Origin: an uncultured Muribaculaceae bacterium
GTDB lineage: Bacteria; Bacteroidota; Bacteroidia; Bacteroidales; Muribaculaceae
DNA: 64,000 bases
Reading direction: 5' to 3'
Assembly (NCBI GenBank): GCA_910589425.1
Contig: CAJUSZ010000001.1
Span: 60,187-124,186, forward strand
Shown here: in pieces, positions 50,711 through 59,857 of the stretch
Layout of the letters: each line of letters starts with the position of its first letter
Position numbering within the stretch: the stretch's first letter is position 1
Notes under the pieces: model-generated
What the model was told of the DNA's origin: nothing
Databases searched by the model: none
The model's input: only the letters and a program-made list of their open reading frames with translations
Program-made: the position numbers and the translations under genes

Positions 50711-51205
50711 CTAAAGAATCTTCATTGCGATCATCGCACAAGCCTCAGCATCAGCCAGGGCATTATGATGTTCTTCAAGATTATAGCCGCAATGTGCGGC
50801 AACCGTCGGCAACTTATGATTTGGAAGTTGCCGTCCGAATTTCATTCTGGATGCTGAGCAAGTGCAAAGAAACTTATATTGCGGGTAGTCCATCTCAAAG
50901 CGGCTGAAAGCTGCTTTAAGACAACTTTCATCAAATCTGCTGAAATGCGCCACCAACGGGAGCCCGTCAATAATAGGGGAGATCTCTGCCCACACTTCGG
51001 GAAAAGTGTCCGCACAGTCTGTATCGATGCGGGTAAGTCCATGTACGGATGTATTTGCAGGTGAATAATAGTTAGGGACCGGATGAATCAATCGGTAAAT
51101 CTTTTGGCATATCATTCCATTGCGTACAACCACCACACCTACGCTGCATACACTTGACCTATACCCGTTGGCGGTTTCAAAATCTATCGCTGCGAAATTT
51201 TTCAT
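50711..51205 (-). CDS. DEDDh 3'-5' exonuclease (DnaQ-like)
   Basis: IDFETAN, VHG, FD, HHNALADAEAC. Confidence 0.92.
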   Translation of the reverse strand: MKNFAAIDFETANGYRSSVCSVGVVVVRNGMICQKIYRLIHPVPNYYSPANTSVHGLTRIDTDCADTFPEVWAEISPIIDGLPLVAHFSRFDESCLKAAFSRFEMDYPQYKFLCTCSASRMKFGRQLPNHKLPTVAAHCGYNLEEHHNALADAEACAMIAMKIL

Positions 51206-51314
51206 CCGACAAATTTAGTCTGTTTCAGTTAAATCGTAACGCTGATATGGAAGGAATATGAATCATTTTAACTATTTTTGTAACAAATATGAACTTATAA
51301 TGATGTGTTGACTG

Positions 51315-52517
51315 ATGGAATATACAGCATCTTTTTTTGAATTCATTAAGAAGCACTACTATGATAATACAGACAAGCTAAGACTTAAATACCATTCCAG
51401 ATGTGCCGATGGATTCTCATATTCAGAAGCGATTGATCAGATCGAGGCAAGAAGGAAAAGCGCAGGTAAACTCGACGCACTGACCTGCAATGACAAATTC
51501 GTCTTTCCGGCAACAATCTGCGCAGAGCAGGCTACCTCCTCCGAGATAGCGGCTTTTCACGCTTCGTTTATTCCACGTGGTTCGAAAGTTTTAGATATGA
51601 CATGCGGGCTTGGCAGCGATGTGTTTGCTTTTTCTGACCGCGCTTCGAGCGTTATTGCCATTGAGAGGGATCCTCATTATTGTGAGGTCATGAGATACAA
51701 CTGTGGTGTGTTGAATAAGAGCAACATCAAGGTCTCTTGCGGTGATTCGACTGAGTGGATAGAGAATTGCGAGGATAAGTTTGATGTAATATTTATAGAT
51801 CCTCACAGAAGAGGCAGCGGCAATTCCCGCAAATTTGCATTCAGCGATTGTGTCCCGGATGTGGAAAAGCTTTCGTATAGTCTTCTTGAGAAATGCGGCC
51901 TATTGATGATCAAAGCCTCACCAATGCTGGATATAGATGCGGTTTCCAAAAGTATAAAAGGATGTTTTGAGATTCACGTAGTGGCTCTGCATGGAGAATG
52001 CAAGGAAGTTCTTGTATGTGCGGGAAAAGGTGGAAATCTCAGGATGGTAAATACGATAAACATACTTAAAGATAAGATTGAAAAATACACTGTTAACATA
52101 AATGAATCAGATGTTTATAAAAATATTATACTGTCTGATTTAGATGATCTGGCACAAGGATTCATATATGAACCGAATGCTGCAGTGCTTAAGTTAGGAT
52201 CAAAAGGACATCTATGTAGCAGCTACAAAGGTCTTAAACAACTGAATATCAATACCCACCTCTACTTCTCAAAAGATTTGGTCAAAAATTTCCCAGGAAA
52301 AATTTTCAAAATTTCAGCTATACTTAAACAATCGGATATTAAATCATTAAAAAACAACAATATAAATATTATAGCACGCAATTATGGAGTGAGCGCTGAA
52401 GAACTCTCATCAAGGCTGAAGATCAAGAGTGGAACCACCAGCTTTTTAATAGCATTCAGAGCTGGCGTGGGTAAAGGAAAGCCGATGATGCTGAAATGCG
52501 AAAGGCTCTTTATGTAG
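51315..52517 (+). CDS. Class I SAM-dependent methyltransferase with THUMP-like C-terminus
   Basis: EQATS, LDMTCGLGSD, IDPHRR, KASPMLD, YEPNAA. Confidence 0.85.
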   Translation: MEYTASFFEFIKKHYYDNTDKLRLKYHSRCADGFSYSEAIDQIEARRKSAGKLDALTCNDKFVFPATICAEQATSSEIAAFHASFIPRGSKVLDMTCGLGSDVFAFSDRASSVIAIERDPHYCEVMRYNCGVLNKSNIKVSCGDSTEWIENCEDKFDVIFIDPHRRGSGNSRKFAFSDCVPDVEKLSYSLLEKCGLLMIKASPMLDIDAVSKSIKGCFEIHVVALHGECKEVLVCAGKGGNLRMVNTINILKDKIEKYTVNINESDVYKNIILSDLDDLAQGFIYEPNAAVLKLGSKGHLCSSYKGLKQLNINTHLYFSKDLVKNFPGKIFKISAILKQSDIKSLKNNNINIIARNYGVSAEELSSRLKIKSGTTSFLIAFRAGVGKGKPMMLKCERLFM

Positions 52518-52544
52518 CCGGTGTTTTTCTGAAATATGGGAAAG

Positions 52545-55124
52545 TCAGAAAGAAAAGTGGAGACTGATCCTCAGCCCGCTTTTATCTATTCCAGCGCGGT
52601 TCCTATATGTGAGCCTCCATATATAGTCAATGCGCAATATTGAGAATATATTATCAATCCCGACGCCAGCCTCCATATACGGAACAGCACTTAAAAACCC
52701 GACATTTGCATCCTTGGGGAAACGATACAGCTTGTCATTGCGCGATGGGTCGTTTCGGGATGACAGATGTCCGGTAAAGCCCTTGAAAGTAAGAACCTCA
52801 CGCAGCTTGGTCTTCTTGACAATCGGGATTCTGTTGAATAGTATTCCATTCCCGAAATATGTCAGGTCAACAGAGACAAACTGATCCATTGCAAACTCCA
52901 TTGGATTCAGCAATGCATACGATTCCGGCTGTATCGTATAGCTAAGGTTGGCATTCTGCCAGGCTAAGGCTGGATAGGGGACAGCACTCCATATCTTGGC
53001 CGCTTTCAGGGATGAATCAAGATATCCGAAAGCAGAGAACCAGAACCGCTTGCTGAATGAAAATTCTGTCTTGTTCAATGTGAATGGCGCTCCCAAAAGC
53101 TTTCTCGGCCCGAATTCATGAGACAAAGTTATTACCGGTGCGTCAAGATTGACAGGCCGCCTCGATGTAGCTCCTTGAACAAATTTTTCTCCCGGAGCAT
53201 ATCTTAAGGAAATGAACAATGATGTTTGATTGTAATGTCCCGAATATGTCCCATCGGAATTCTCAAATCTTATCCATTTGGTAGCTTCCTGCCTTTCATA
53301 GCGCAATCCGGCTTCTATCGACAGATTGAATGGAAACTCCCTGATATACTTCAGTTGGGCAAGCCTTCTGTAAGTTATGAGAAAACTGCCCTTGCGTTTC
53401 ACAGACAAGAAAATATTATCTGGATTGGTAAACAAATAATGTTCGCCAATCCTGTCAGTATCGTATTGATACTCAGCTCTGATAAGATGAATAGGAAATT
53501 CTCTTGAATGATATTTCTTGGGAATGAGAGACCAATCCATCTCCGCCTTGTATTTCCATTTTTTATCTTTAAGACCGTAAGCGACATATCCTCGTCCGAA
53601 CAAATGGGGGGAGAGGTTCGCTGTTGTCATACCACCTATCCTGAAGCGCACACCTTCTGCCTTGTTTGTACTTACAAGCGTATTTACAGGACCGAAGTCA
53701 AATTTACTGTTTTTGCCTGTGTGGATATAACCATTGACAAGTATCCCTAAGATTTTCTCTCCCCAGTAGAAAACCGGTAGTTTTCTCATTTTTAACAGAA
53801 AATTCTCCAGACTGTTTTCACTTTTGGGTATGTCCAGTATGCGGGCATCTTCCCAGAAAGCCACATCCCGTTCAGAGGCGTCTTCAAGTATAAATCTTGT
53901 ACCTGGTTTATCGTAAAATTGTGAAAACTTGCTGTTTGATGAGTAATCGTGATTCCTGTAAGCTGTCTGGCGCCTTGTGTATATCTTCTGAGTGCCTGGA
54001 ACTATCTGGAATTCAACTGTAATGTCATCCGATTTCTTAAGCCAGTTGTTGTGGCTGTCTCTGACAAAAGACTGATCGACAATCATGTTTTTCACAAAAT
54101 TCAGATTGACCGATTTAGGAACACGCATCTGCAGACGGCTGACGAACCCAGTTGTGTCTCCAACCTCAATCCACATCCGGCCGTTAAATCCCATCGACTC
54201 GGGATTATGAGGAACAAATTGCAATTCAAGAAACCGTTTGTTGTCGATATTTACTGTGTCAAGATAATACTTGTAGTAATTTGCCCCTATATTAGACAGC
54301 GGGCTTACGAATCTGTTTTGCAATACGCTTATATCATTGCCAAAGATGCTGATTTCTCTGAAAGCATCCTCCAGAGCTGTCTGGATATTGTCCTGATTGA
54401 ATGTCTTGTCAATTCCTGCGCTTTTTTGTCCGACGACTATTTCTTTGCCTTTGTCATCATCGTGAGTGTATAGTTGCGATGCGAATTTTTCTTTTACACT
54501 GATTTTAAGAACCGGCTTGTCGATATATGGAACTGAATCAATATAGTCTTTGATAAATGGCATTTTCCTGGCCGACCAGCTTCCCGAATCCGGCATTTGA
54601 AAGTCAGACAGACCGATCACTATTTTTTCATATTTATCATATCCATAATACTCAGAGTTTTTCGGATCGTGTAATGGATACGATTTTCTGATTCTTTCCA
54701 TCAATTCCACAGCGGGATTATTCTTTCTTGAATATTTGCCTTTACGTGGTTTTACAAAAACTTCCGACAGTGTTGTGGTGGATGGAAGAAGTGAGATCCT
54801 CAGATCCCTGCCGTTGCCGCCTGATATAGTTACCGCAGCCGGTTGATAGCCCATAGAGCTAACTATGAGCTTATGGATCTTTTTGTCTGATGTATAGTTG
54901 AATGTGCCGTCTTCCCGGGACAGGCATCCTCCGTCCGCACCGATGGCATATATATTGACGAGCGGAATCGGTTCAGAAGTCAGAGAGTCGATAACAATGC
55001 CGTTTACTTGATATGTCCCCGGATTGTCCATCGACAGGTTCTGAGCGGAGGCACCCATGCCAAATACAACACATAAAGCTGTAATGACCGGTAATATAAG
55101 CAATCGGAACTTTGCTGTGTGCAT
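52545..55124 (-). CDS. DUF5686 / carboxypeptidase-regulatory-like domain outer membrane protein
   Basis: Signal peptide, G.V.DS.T.EP, L.EV.VK, RF.SP, C-terminal beta-strand ending HFSF. Exact start uncertain (55124 or 55157). Confidence 0.82.
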   Translation of the reverse strand: MHTAKFRLLILPVITALCVVFGMGASAQNLSMDNPGTYQVNGIVIDSLTSEPIPLVNIYAIGADGGCLSREDGTFNYTSDKKIHKLIVSSMGYQPAAVTISGGNGRDLRISLLPSTTTLSEVFVKPRKGKYSRKNNPAVELMERIRKSYPLHDPKNSEYYGYDKYEKIVIGLSDFQMPDSGSWSARKMPFIKDYIDSVPYIDKPVLKISVKEKFASQLYTHDDDKGKEIVVGQKSAGIDKTFNQDNIQTALEDAFREISIFGNDISVLQNRFVSPLSNIGANYYKYYLDTVNIDNKRFLELQFVPHNPESMGFNGRMWIEVGDTTGFVSRLQMRVPKSVNLNFVKNMIVDQSFVRDSHNNWLKKSDDITVEFQIVPGTQKIYTRRQTAYRNHDYSSNSKFSQFYDKPGTRFILEDASERDVAFWEDARILDIPKSENSLENFLLKMRKLPVFYWGEKILGILVNGYIHTGKNSKFDFGPVNTLVSTNKAEGVRFRIGGMTTANLSPHLFGRGYVAYGLKDKKWKYKAEMDWSLIPKKYHSREFPIHLIRAEYQYDTDRIGEHYLFTNPDNIFLSVKRKGSFLITYRRLAQLKYIREFPFNLSIEAGLRYERQEATKWIRFENSDGTYSGHYNQTSLFISLRYAPGEKFVQGATSRRPVNLDAPVITLSHEFGPRKLLGAPFTLNKTEFSFSKRFWFSAFGYLDSSLKAAKIWSAVPYPALAWQNANLSYTIQPESYALLNPMEFAMDQFVSVDLTYFGNGILFNRIPIVKKTKLREVLTFKGFTGHLSSRNDPSRNDKLYRFPKDANVGFLSAVPYMEAGVGIDNIFSILRIDYIWRLTYRNRAGIDKSGLRISLHFSF

Positions 55125-55205
55125 TATAATTGTTATATTTGCATCGTGTTTCAACATGTGCGACGAATCTATAACGTGCCATGCGGGATAAAATTACGTC
55201 GGATT

Positions 55206-55670
55206 ATGTCAAAAGAGATAGAGCATAAATATTTAGTAATAGATGAAAGCTTCAGGCTTCACCAGACAGGTGAGACTGAAATAATACAGGGCTATCTAAA
55301 ATCGGATGACCGATGCACCGTCCGTATACGAATTTATGGATCTGATGCTTTTATTACAGTAAAAGGCCATACGGAAAACAACACACGCGATGAATTTGAA
55401 TACCCTATCCCTTATGAAGACGCCCGGTTCATGCTTGATCGTTATTGCCCGTCTGTGATCCGGAAAATCAGGCATATAGTGTACTTTGAAGGGCATAAAT
55501 GGGAAATAGATGAGTTCAAAGATTCGCTTGAGGGTCTTGTCATTGCCGAGATTGAACTCGATGATCAATCCGAGGAATATATGCTTCCCCCTTTTGTTGG
55601 CAAAAATGTGTCGGACGATCCCCGCTACTATAATTCAAATCTTGTGAAATCTAATGGTTTCGATAAATAA
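55206..55670 (+). CDS. CYTH domain protein
   Basis: EIEHKY, QGYL, RIR, EFEY, K.R, WEID, AEIE. A TATATTTG element at 55134-55141 supports this later start. Confidence 0.92.
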   Translation: MSKEIEHKYLVIDESFRLHQTGETEIIQGYLKSDDRCTVRIRIYGSDAFITVKGHTENNTRDEFEYPIPYEDARFMLDRYCPSVIRKIRHIVYFEGHKWEIDEFKDSLEGLVIAEIELDDQSEEYMLPPFVGKNVSDDPRYYNSNLVKSNGFDK

Positions 55671-57636
55671 TCTCTCGGTAGAATTCTCTGCCCGCCCCCT
55701 TTTCAATAATGTCAGTTTTGTGATCAACAAATCTGATAAGATTGCATTGACTGGTAAAAACGGGGCTGGTAAATCCACTCTTCTAAAAATAATAGCCGGC
55801 CTGCAGTCGCCAACTTCGGGATCAGTATCCATGCCTGAAGGGATAACAATAGGCTATCTGCCTCAGCAAATGTCAGTGGCAGATGAAACCACTTTGGTCA
55901 ACGAGGTAAAAAAAGCCTTTGGCGCACAGCTTGACAGACGTGCGCAGATCGATGCCGTTACCAAAGAACTCTCGTCAAGGGAGGATTATGAAAGCGAGGA
56001 GTATCACAGGCTCATCGAGAAGCTTGAGTTCCTCAACGAGCGCCTTGCAATGGAAGACGTCGGGAATATGGATGCCGAGATAGAACGCACTCTGACTGGT
56101 CTGGGGTTCGTAAGAGCCGATTTTTCACGTCCGACGAGTGAGTTTTCCGGTGGATGGCGAATGCGTGTCGAGTTAGCCAAGATATTGCTCAGCCGTCCGG
56201 ATATTCTGTTGCTTGACGAGCCGACAAACCATCTTGATATAGAGTCGATACAGTGGCTTGAGCAGTTCTTGCAGCAGAAAGCCAAGGCTGTGCTTATGGT
56301 CAGCCACGACCGGGCATTCATCGACAACGTATGCAAGCGGACTCTGGAAATATCCTGCGGAAAGATATATGACTATAAAGTAAATTATTCCCAGTTTGTT
56401 GAACTCCGCAAAGAGAGGGTGGAGCAGCAGATGAGAGCCTACGAGAACCAGCAAAAGCAGATTGCCGACATCAAGGATTTTATTGAACGCTTCAGATATA
56501 AACCGACAAAGGCGGTTCAGGTACAGAGCCGTATAAAACAATTGGAGAAGATTGTTCCTGTGGAAGTCGATGAGGTTGACACTTCAAGATTAAGACTTAA
56601 GTTTCCTCCTGCACCACGAAGCGGTGATTATCCGTTGATTCTTGAGAACGTAGGGAAGGCTTACGGCGATCACCAGATCTTCGACCATGCCGAGTTCACG
56701 ATAAAACGTGGAGAGAAAGTGGCATTTGTGGGCAAAAACGGTGAGGGAAAATCCACATTGGTGAAATGCATAATGGGTCAGATTCCCTTTACCGGAAACC
56801 TCAAGATCGGACACAATGTCAGGATAGGCTATTTCGCCCAGAACCAGGCGCAGCTTCTTGATGAGGAAATATCTGTGTTTGATACGATCGATCAGGTCGC
56901 AACCGGAGATATAAGAACCAAAATCCGCGATATACTTGGCGCATTCATGTTCGGGGGTGAGGCTTCCGAAAAGAAAGTTAAAGTTCTTTCGGGGGGAGAG
57001 AAAACCCGGCTCGCAATGATCAGGCTTCTTCTTGAACCGGTCAATCTGCTTATTCTTGATGAGCCGACAAACCATCTTGACATAAAAACCAAAGGAATCC
57101 TGAAAGAGGCGGTAAAAGATTTCGACGGGACTGTTATAGTTGTCAGCCATGACCGTGATTTCCTTGATGGCCTGGTTGAAAAAGTTTATGAATTCGGAGG
57201 AGGGGAAGTGCGTGAGAATCTCGGCGGGATCTATGAATTTCTACGCAGTAAGAACCTCAAACATCTCAATGAGCTTGAACTTTCAAAATCCAATTCTTCA
57301 GCACAGGAGCCAACGGACAGATCGAAAGCTGTGGCACAGGGCAATATTTCAGGGGACAATCCTGAAGTGTCAAAATCCAAAATCTCATACGCCGAACAGA
57401 AAGAGCGTGAGAAACTACTGCGAAGATTGCGAAAAGCTGTCGAGGAAGCGGAGAAGAATGTGTCTGCATACGAGACACAGCTTGCAGAAATAGAAAAACT
57501 TATAGCAGCAGGTGATGCATCCGCCGAGACCCTCGACAAATACAACCAGATCAGCAAGTCTCTCGAGAATGCCATGTCTGTCTGGGAGCTATCACAGACA
57601 GAACTTGACAACATCGACACATCGAACGTCAAATAA
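55654..57636 (+). CDS. ABC-F family ATPase with C-terminal coiled coil
   Basis: Two NBDs (GKNGAGKS, FSGGW; GKNGEGKS, LSGGE), DEPTNHLD twice, no TM domain. Confidence 0.94.
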   Translation: MVSINNLSVEFSARPLFNNVSFVINKSDKIALTGKNGAGKSTLLKIIAGLQSPTSGSVSMPEGITIGYLPQQMSVADETTLVNEVKKAFGAQLDRRAQIDAVTKELSSREDYESEEYHRLIEKLEFLNERLAMEDVGNMDAEIERTLTGLGFVRADFSRPTSEFSGGWRMRVELAKILLSRPDILLLDEPTNHLDIESIQWLEQFLQQKAKAVLMVSHDRAFIDNVCKRTLEISCGKIYDYKVNYSQFVELRKERVEQQMRAYENQQKQIADIKDFIERFRYKPTKAVQVQSRIKQLEKIVPVEVDEVDTSRLRLKFPPAPRSGDYPLILENVGKAYGDHQIFDHAEFTIKRGEKVAFVGKNGEGKSTLVKCIMGQIPFTGNLKIGHNVRIGYFAQNQAQLLDEEISVFDTIDQVATGDIRTKIRDILGAFMFGGEASEKKVKVLSGGEKTRLAMIRLLLEPVNLLILDEPTNHLDIKTKGILKEAVKDFDGTVIVVSHDRDFLDGLVEKVYEFGGGEVRENLGGIYEFLRSKNLKHLNELELSKSNSSAQEPTDRSKAVAQGNISGDNPEVSKSKISYAEQKEREKLLRRLRKAVEEAEKNVSAYETQLAEIEKLIAAGDASAETLDKYNQISKSLENAMSVWELSQTELDNIDTSNVK

Positions 57637-57667
57637 AAAATAAATGAACAATAACAATATTAATGAC

Positions 57668-59689
57668 ATGAACCTAAGAAAAGTAATTTTGTCATTGGCT
57701 GCCGGAGTCCCTTTGATGGCTCTCGCCACCGGCGGACATGGCATAGAGAAAAGTAACCTTGATCCGTCTACCAAACCCGGACAGGACTTCTATCAGTATG
57801 CCTGCGGGGGCTGGATGGCCGCCAATCCGCTTCCTGCGGAATTCGCACGTTTCGGCACATTTGACCAATTGAGGGAAAATGCCCGTGAACAGCTGAAAGA
57901 TCTGATTCTCAATCTCGCTCAGAATCCTGATTCCAAAGTAAAAGGGACCAACGCGCAGAAAGTATGCGATATATATGCTCTCGCGATGGACAGCACACGT
58001 CTGAATAAAGAAGGTGCGGCCCCGATCATTCCGCTGCTTGAGATCATAGAAAAAGCAGACACCAAGGATCTCGCCACTCTTTTCTCTGACGAACGGCTTC
58101 TTTTTGACAATCCACTTTTCGGAATAGGTGTGGGCACCGACGCCAAAAATTCCAATTCAAACGTAGTGCATATCGGTGAAGGTGGACTCGGACTTGGAGA
58201 CCGCGACTACTATCTCGAACAGAATGAGACCAACGACAAGATCATGAAAGCCTACGAGACATACGTCAAGCGCATCATGACTCTTGCAGGTTATTCCGCA
58301 GCCGATGCCGACAGAATATGGTCTAATCTCATAAAGATAGAGAAAAAAATGGCTGCTGCAAAAATGACAAGGGAGCAGCGCAGAGATCCTCAGGCAAGAT
58401 ACAACGTATATACTGTGGACAAACTCCAGAAGGAATTTCCATATATAGACTGGGCTTTGCTTATGAAGAACCACGGTCTTGGCACTCCGGACAAAATCAT
58501 AGTCTCATCACCTCAATATCTTAAGACCCTGTGTGAGATTGTTCCGGCTCTTACCGAACGTGAAATCAAAGACCTGATGCTTCTTGACGCCGTTTCGAGC
58601 GCAACCAGCCTTCTGAGCGATGATTTCTACAATGCCTCGTTCGAGTTGTACGACAAGGTCATGAGTGGTAAAGAGGAGCAGGAGCCGAGATGGAAACGCG
58701 CCATGAGCCTGCCAAACAGCATGCTCGGAGAGGCTGTGGGGCAACTGTATGTTGAGAAATACTTCCCGGAGGAAAGCAAGCAATATATGAAAACTCTTGT
58801 GGAAAATCTCCGTGTTGCTCTTGGAAAGCATATCGACAACCTGTCGTGGATGAGCGACGCCACAAAAGCAAAAGCTCATGAAAAACTCGCTGGATTCACC
58901 GTTAAGATCGGTTATCCCGACAAATGGAAGGATTATTCCGAGATAGAAGTGGATCCGTCTCTTTCCCTCGCTGAGAATGCGCGCAAGGCTTCACTGTGGT
59001 TCATAAAGGATAACTTCGCCAAGCTGAACAAGCCTGTGGACAGGGATGAATGGCACATGACTCCTCAGACAGTCAATGCGTATTACAACCCAACTACCAA
59101 CGAGATTTGTTTCCCTGCCGGAATACTCCAGAAACCATACTTCGATTTAACAGCAGACGATGCCCTCAATTATGGTGCGATCGGAGTTGTCATCGGCCAT
59201 GAGATGACCCACGGTTTTGACGACCAGGGACGCCAGTACGACGTGGATGGCAATCTGAATGACTGGTGGCTTACTGCGGATGCTGATAAGTTCAAGACAC
59301 TCGCAGACGGATTGGCAGCGCAATTCGATGCGATAGAGGTCGCTCCTGGTGTCCATGCCAACGGCCGGTTCACTCTCGGTGAAAACATCGCAGACCAGGG
59401 TGGCCTTAGAGTTGCCATGACAGCTTATCTCGATGCTGTAGGCGACAAGGCAAAAGATATCGACGGACTTACTCCACTTCAACGTTTCTATCTGGCCTAT
59501 GCCAATGTCTGGGCTGGAAATATCCGTGAGGCAGAAATCCTCTCGCGCACAAAAACTGATCCGCATTCGCTGGGAAAGAATCGTGTGAATGTTTCGCTCC
59601 GCAATATCGAACCCTTCTTCAAGGCATTCGGTATCGTCGAGGGTGATCCGATGTTCCGCCCCGAGAATGAGCGGATAGTCATTTGGTAA
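57668..59689 (+). CDS. M13 family metalloendopeptidase (PepO-like)
   Basis: DFYQYACGGW, VNAYY, GHEMTHGFDD, GENIAD, DPH. Alternative start at 57644. Confidence 0.94.
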   Translation: MNLRKVILSLAAGVPLMALATGGHGIEKSNLDPSTKPGQDFYQYACGGWMAANPLPAEFARFGTFDQLRENAREQLKDLILNLAQNPDSKVKGTNAQKVCDIYALAMDSTRLNKEGAAPIIPLLEIIEKADTKDLATLFSDERLLFDNPLFGIGVGTDAKNSNSNVVHIGEGGLGLGDRDYYLEQNETNDKIMKAYETYVKRIMTLAGYSAADADRIWSNLIKIEKKMAAAKMTREQRRDPQARYNVYTVDKLQKEFPYIDWALLMKNHGLGTPDKIIVSSPQYLKTLCEIVPALTEREIKDLMLLDAVSSATSLLSDDFYNASFELYDKVMSGKEEQEPRWKRAMSLPNSMLGEAVGQLYVEKYFPEESKQYMKTLVENLRVALGKHIDNLSWMSDATKAKAHEKLAGFTVKIGYPDKWKDYSEIEVDPSLSLAENARKASLWFIKDNFAKLNKPVDRDEWHMTPQTVNAYYNPTTNEICFPAGILQKPYFDLTADDALNYGAIGVVIGHEMTHGFDDQGRQYDVDGNLNDWWLTADADKFKTLADGLAAQFDAIEVAPGVHANGRFTLGENIADQGGLRVAMTAYLDAVGDKAKDIDGLTPLQRFYLAYANVWAGNIREAEILSRTKTDPHSLGKNRVNVSLRNIEPFFKAFGIVEGDPMFRPENERIVIW

Positions 59690-59709
59690 TTAATACCACA
59701 TACATATAA

Positions 59710-59756
59710 ATACAGAAAATGTCCCGGACAATTGCTATCCGGGACATTTTCTGTAT
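59710..59756 (+). terminator. Hairpin terminator after the M13 peptidase
   Basis: Perfect 19-bp stem ATACAGAAAATGTCCCGGA / TCCGGGACATTTTCTGTAT. Confidence 0.8.
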
Positions 59757-59857
59757 AATAAAGTTTTTTTGTTAAAGTAGATTAATCAGTTTATAATTAT
59801 AAATTTGTAATTTTGCATATCCTGATTTCTTATGAATTAATTCACTAAAATAATATC

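Noticed and set aside
52050..52400. Low-GC stretch (about 30% by hand count over 52081-52380) inside the methyltransferase
   Set aside because: The frame is intact and family motifs continue; K/N/I-rich coding explains it, and there is no evidence of an insertion.
55654..57636. ABC-F as an antibiotic resistance (ARE) factor
   Set aside because: It looks like a housekeeping ABC-F in an ordinary CYTH-ABCF-PepO context; no leader attenuator seen.
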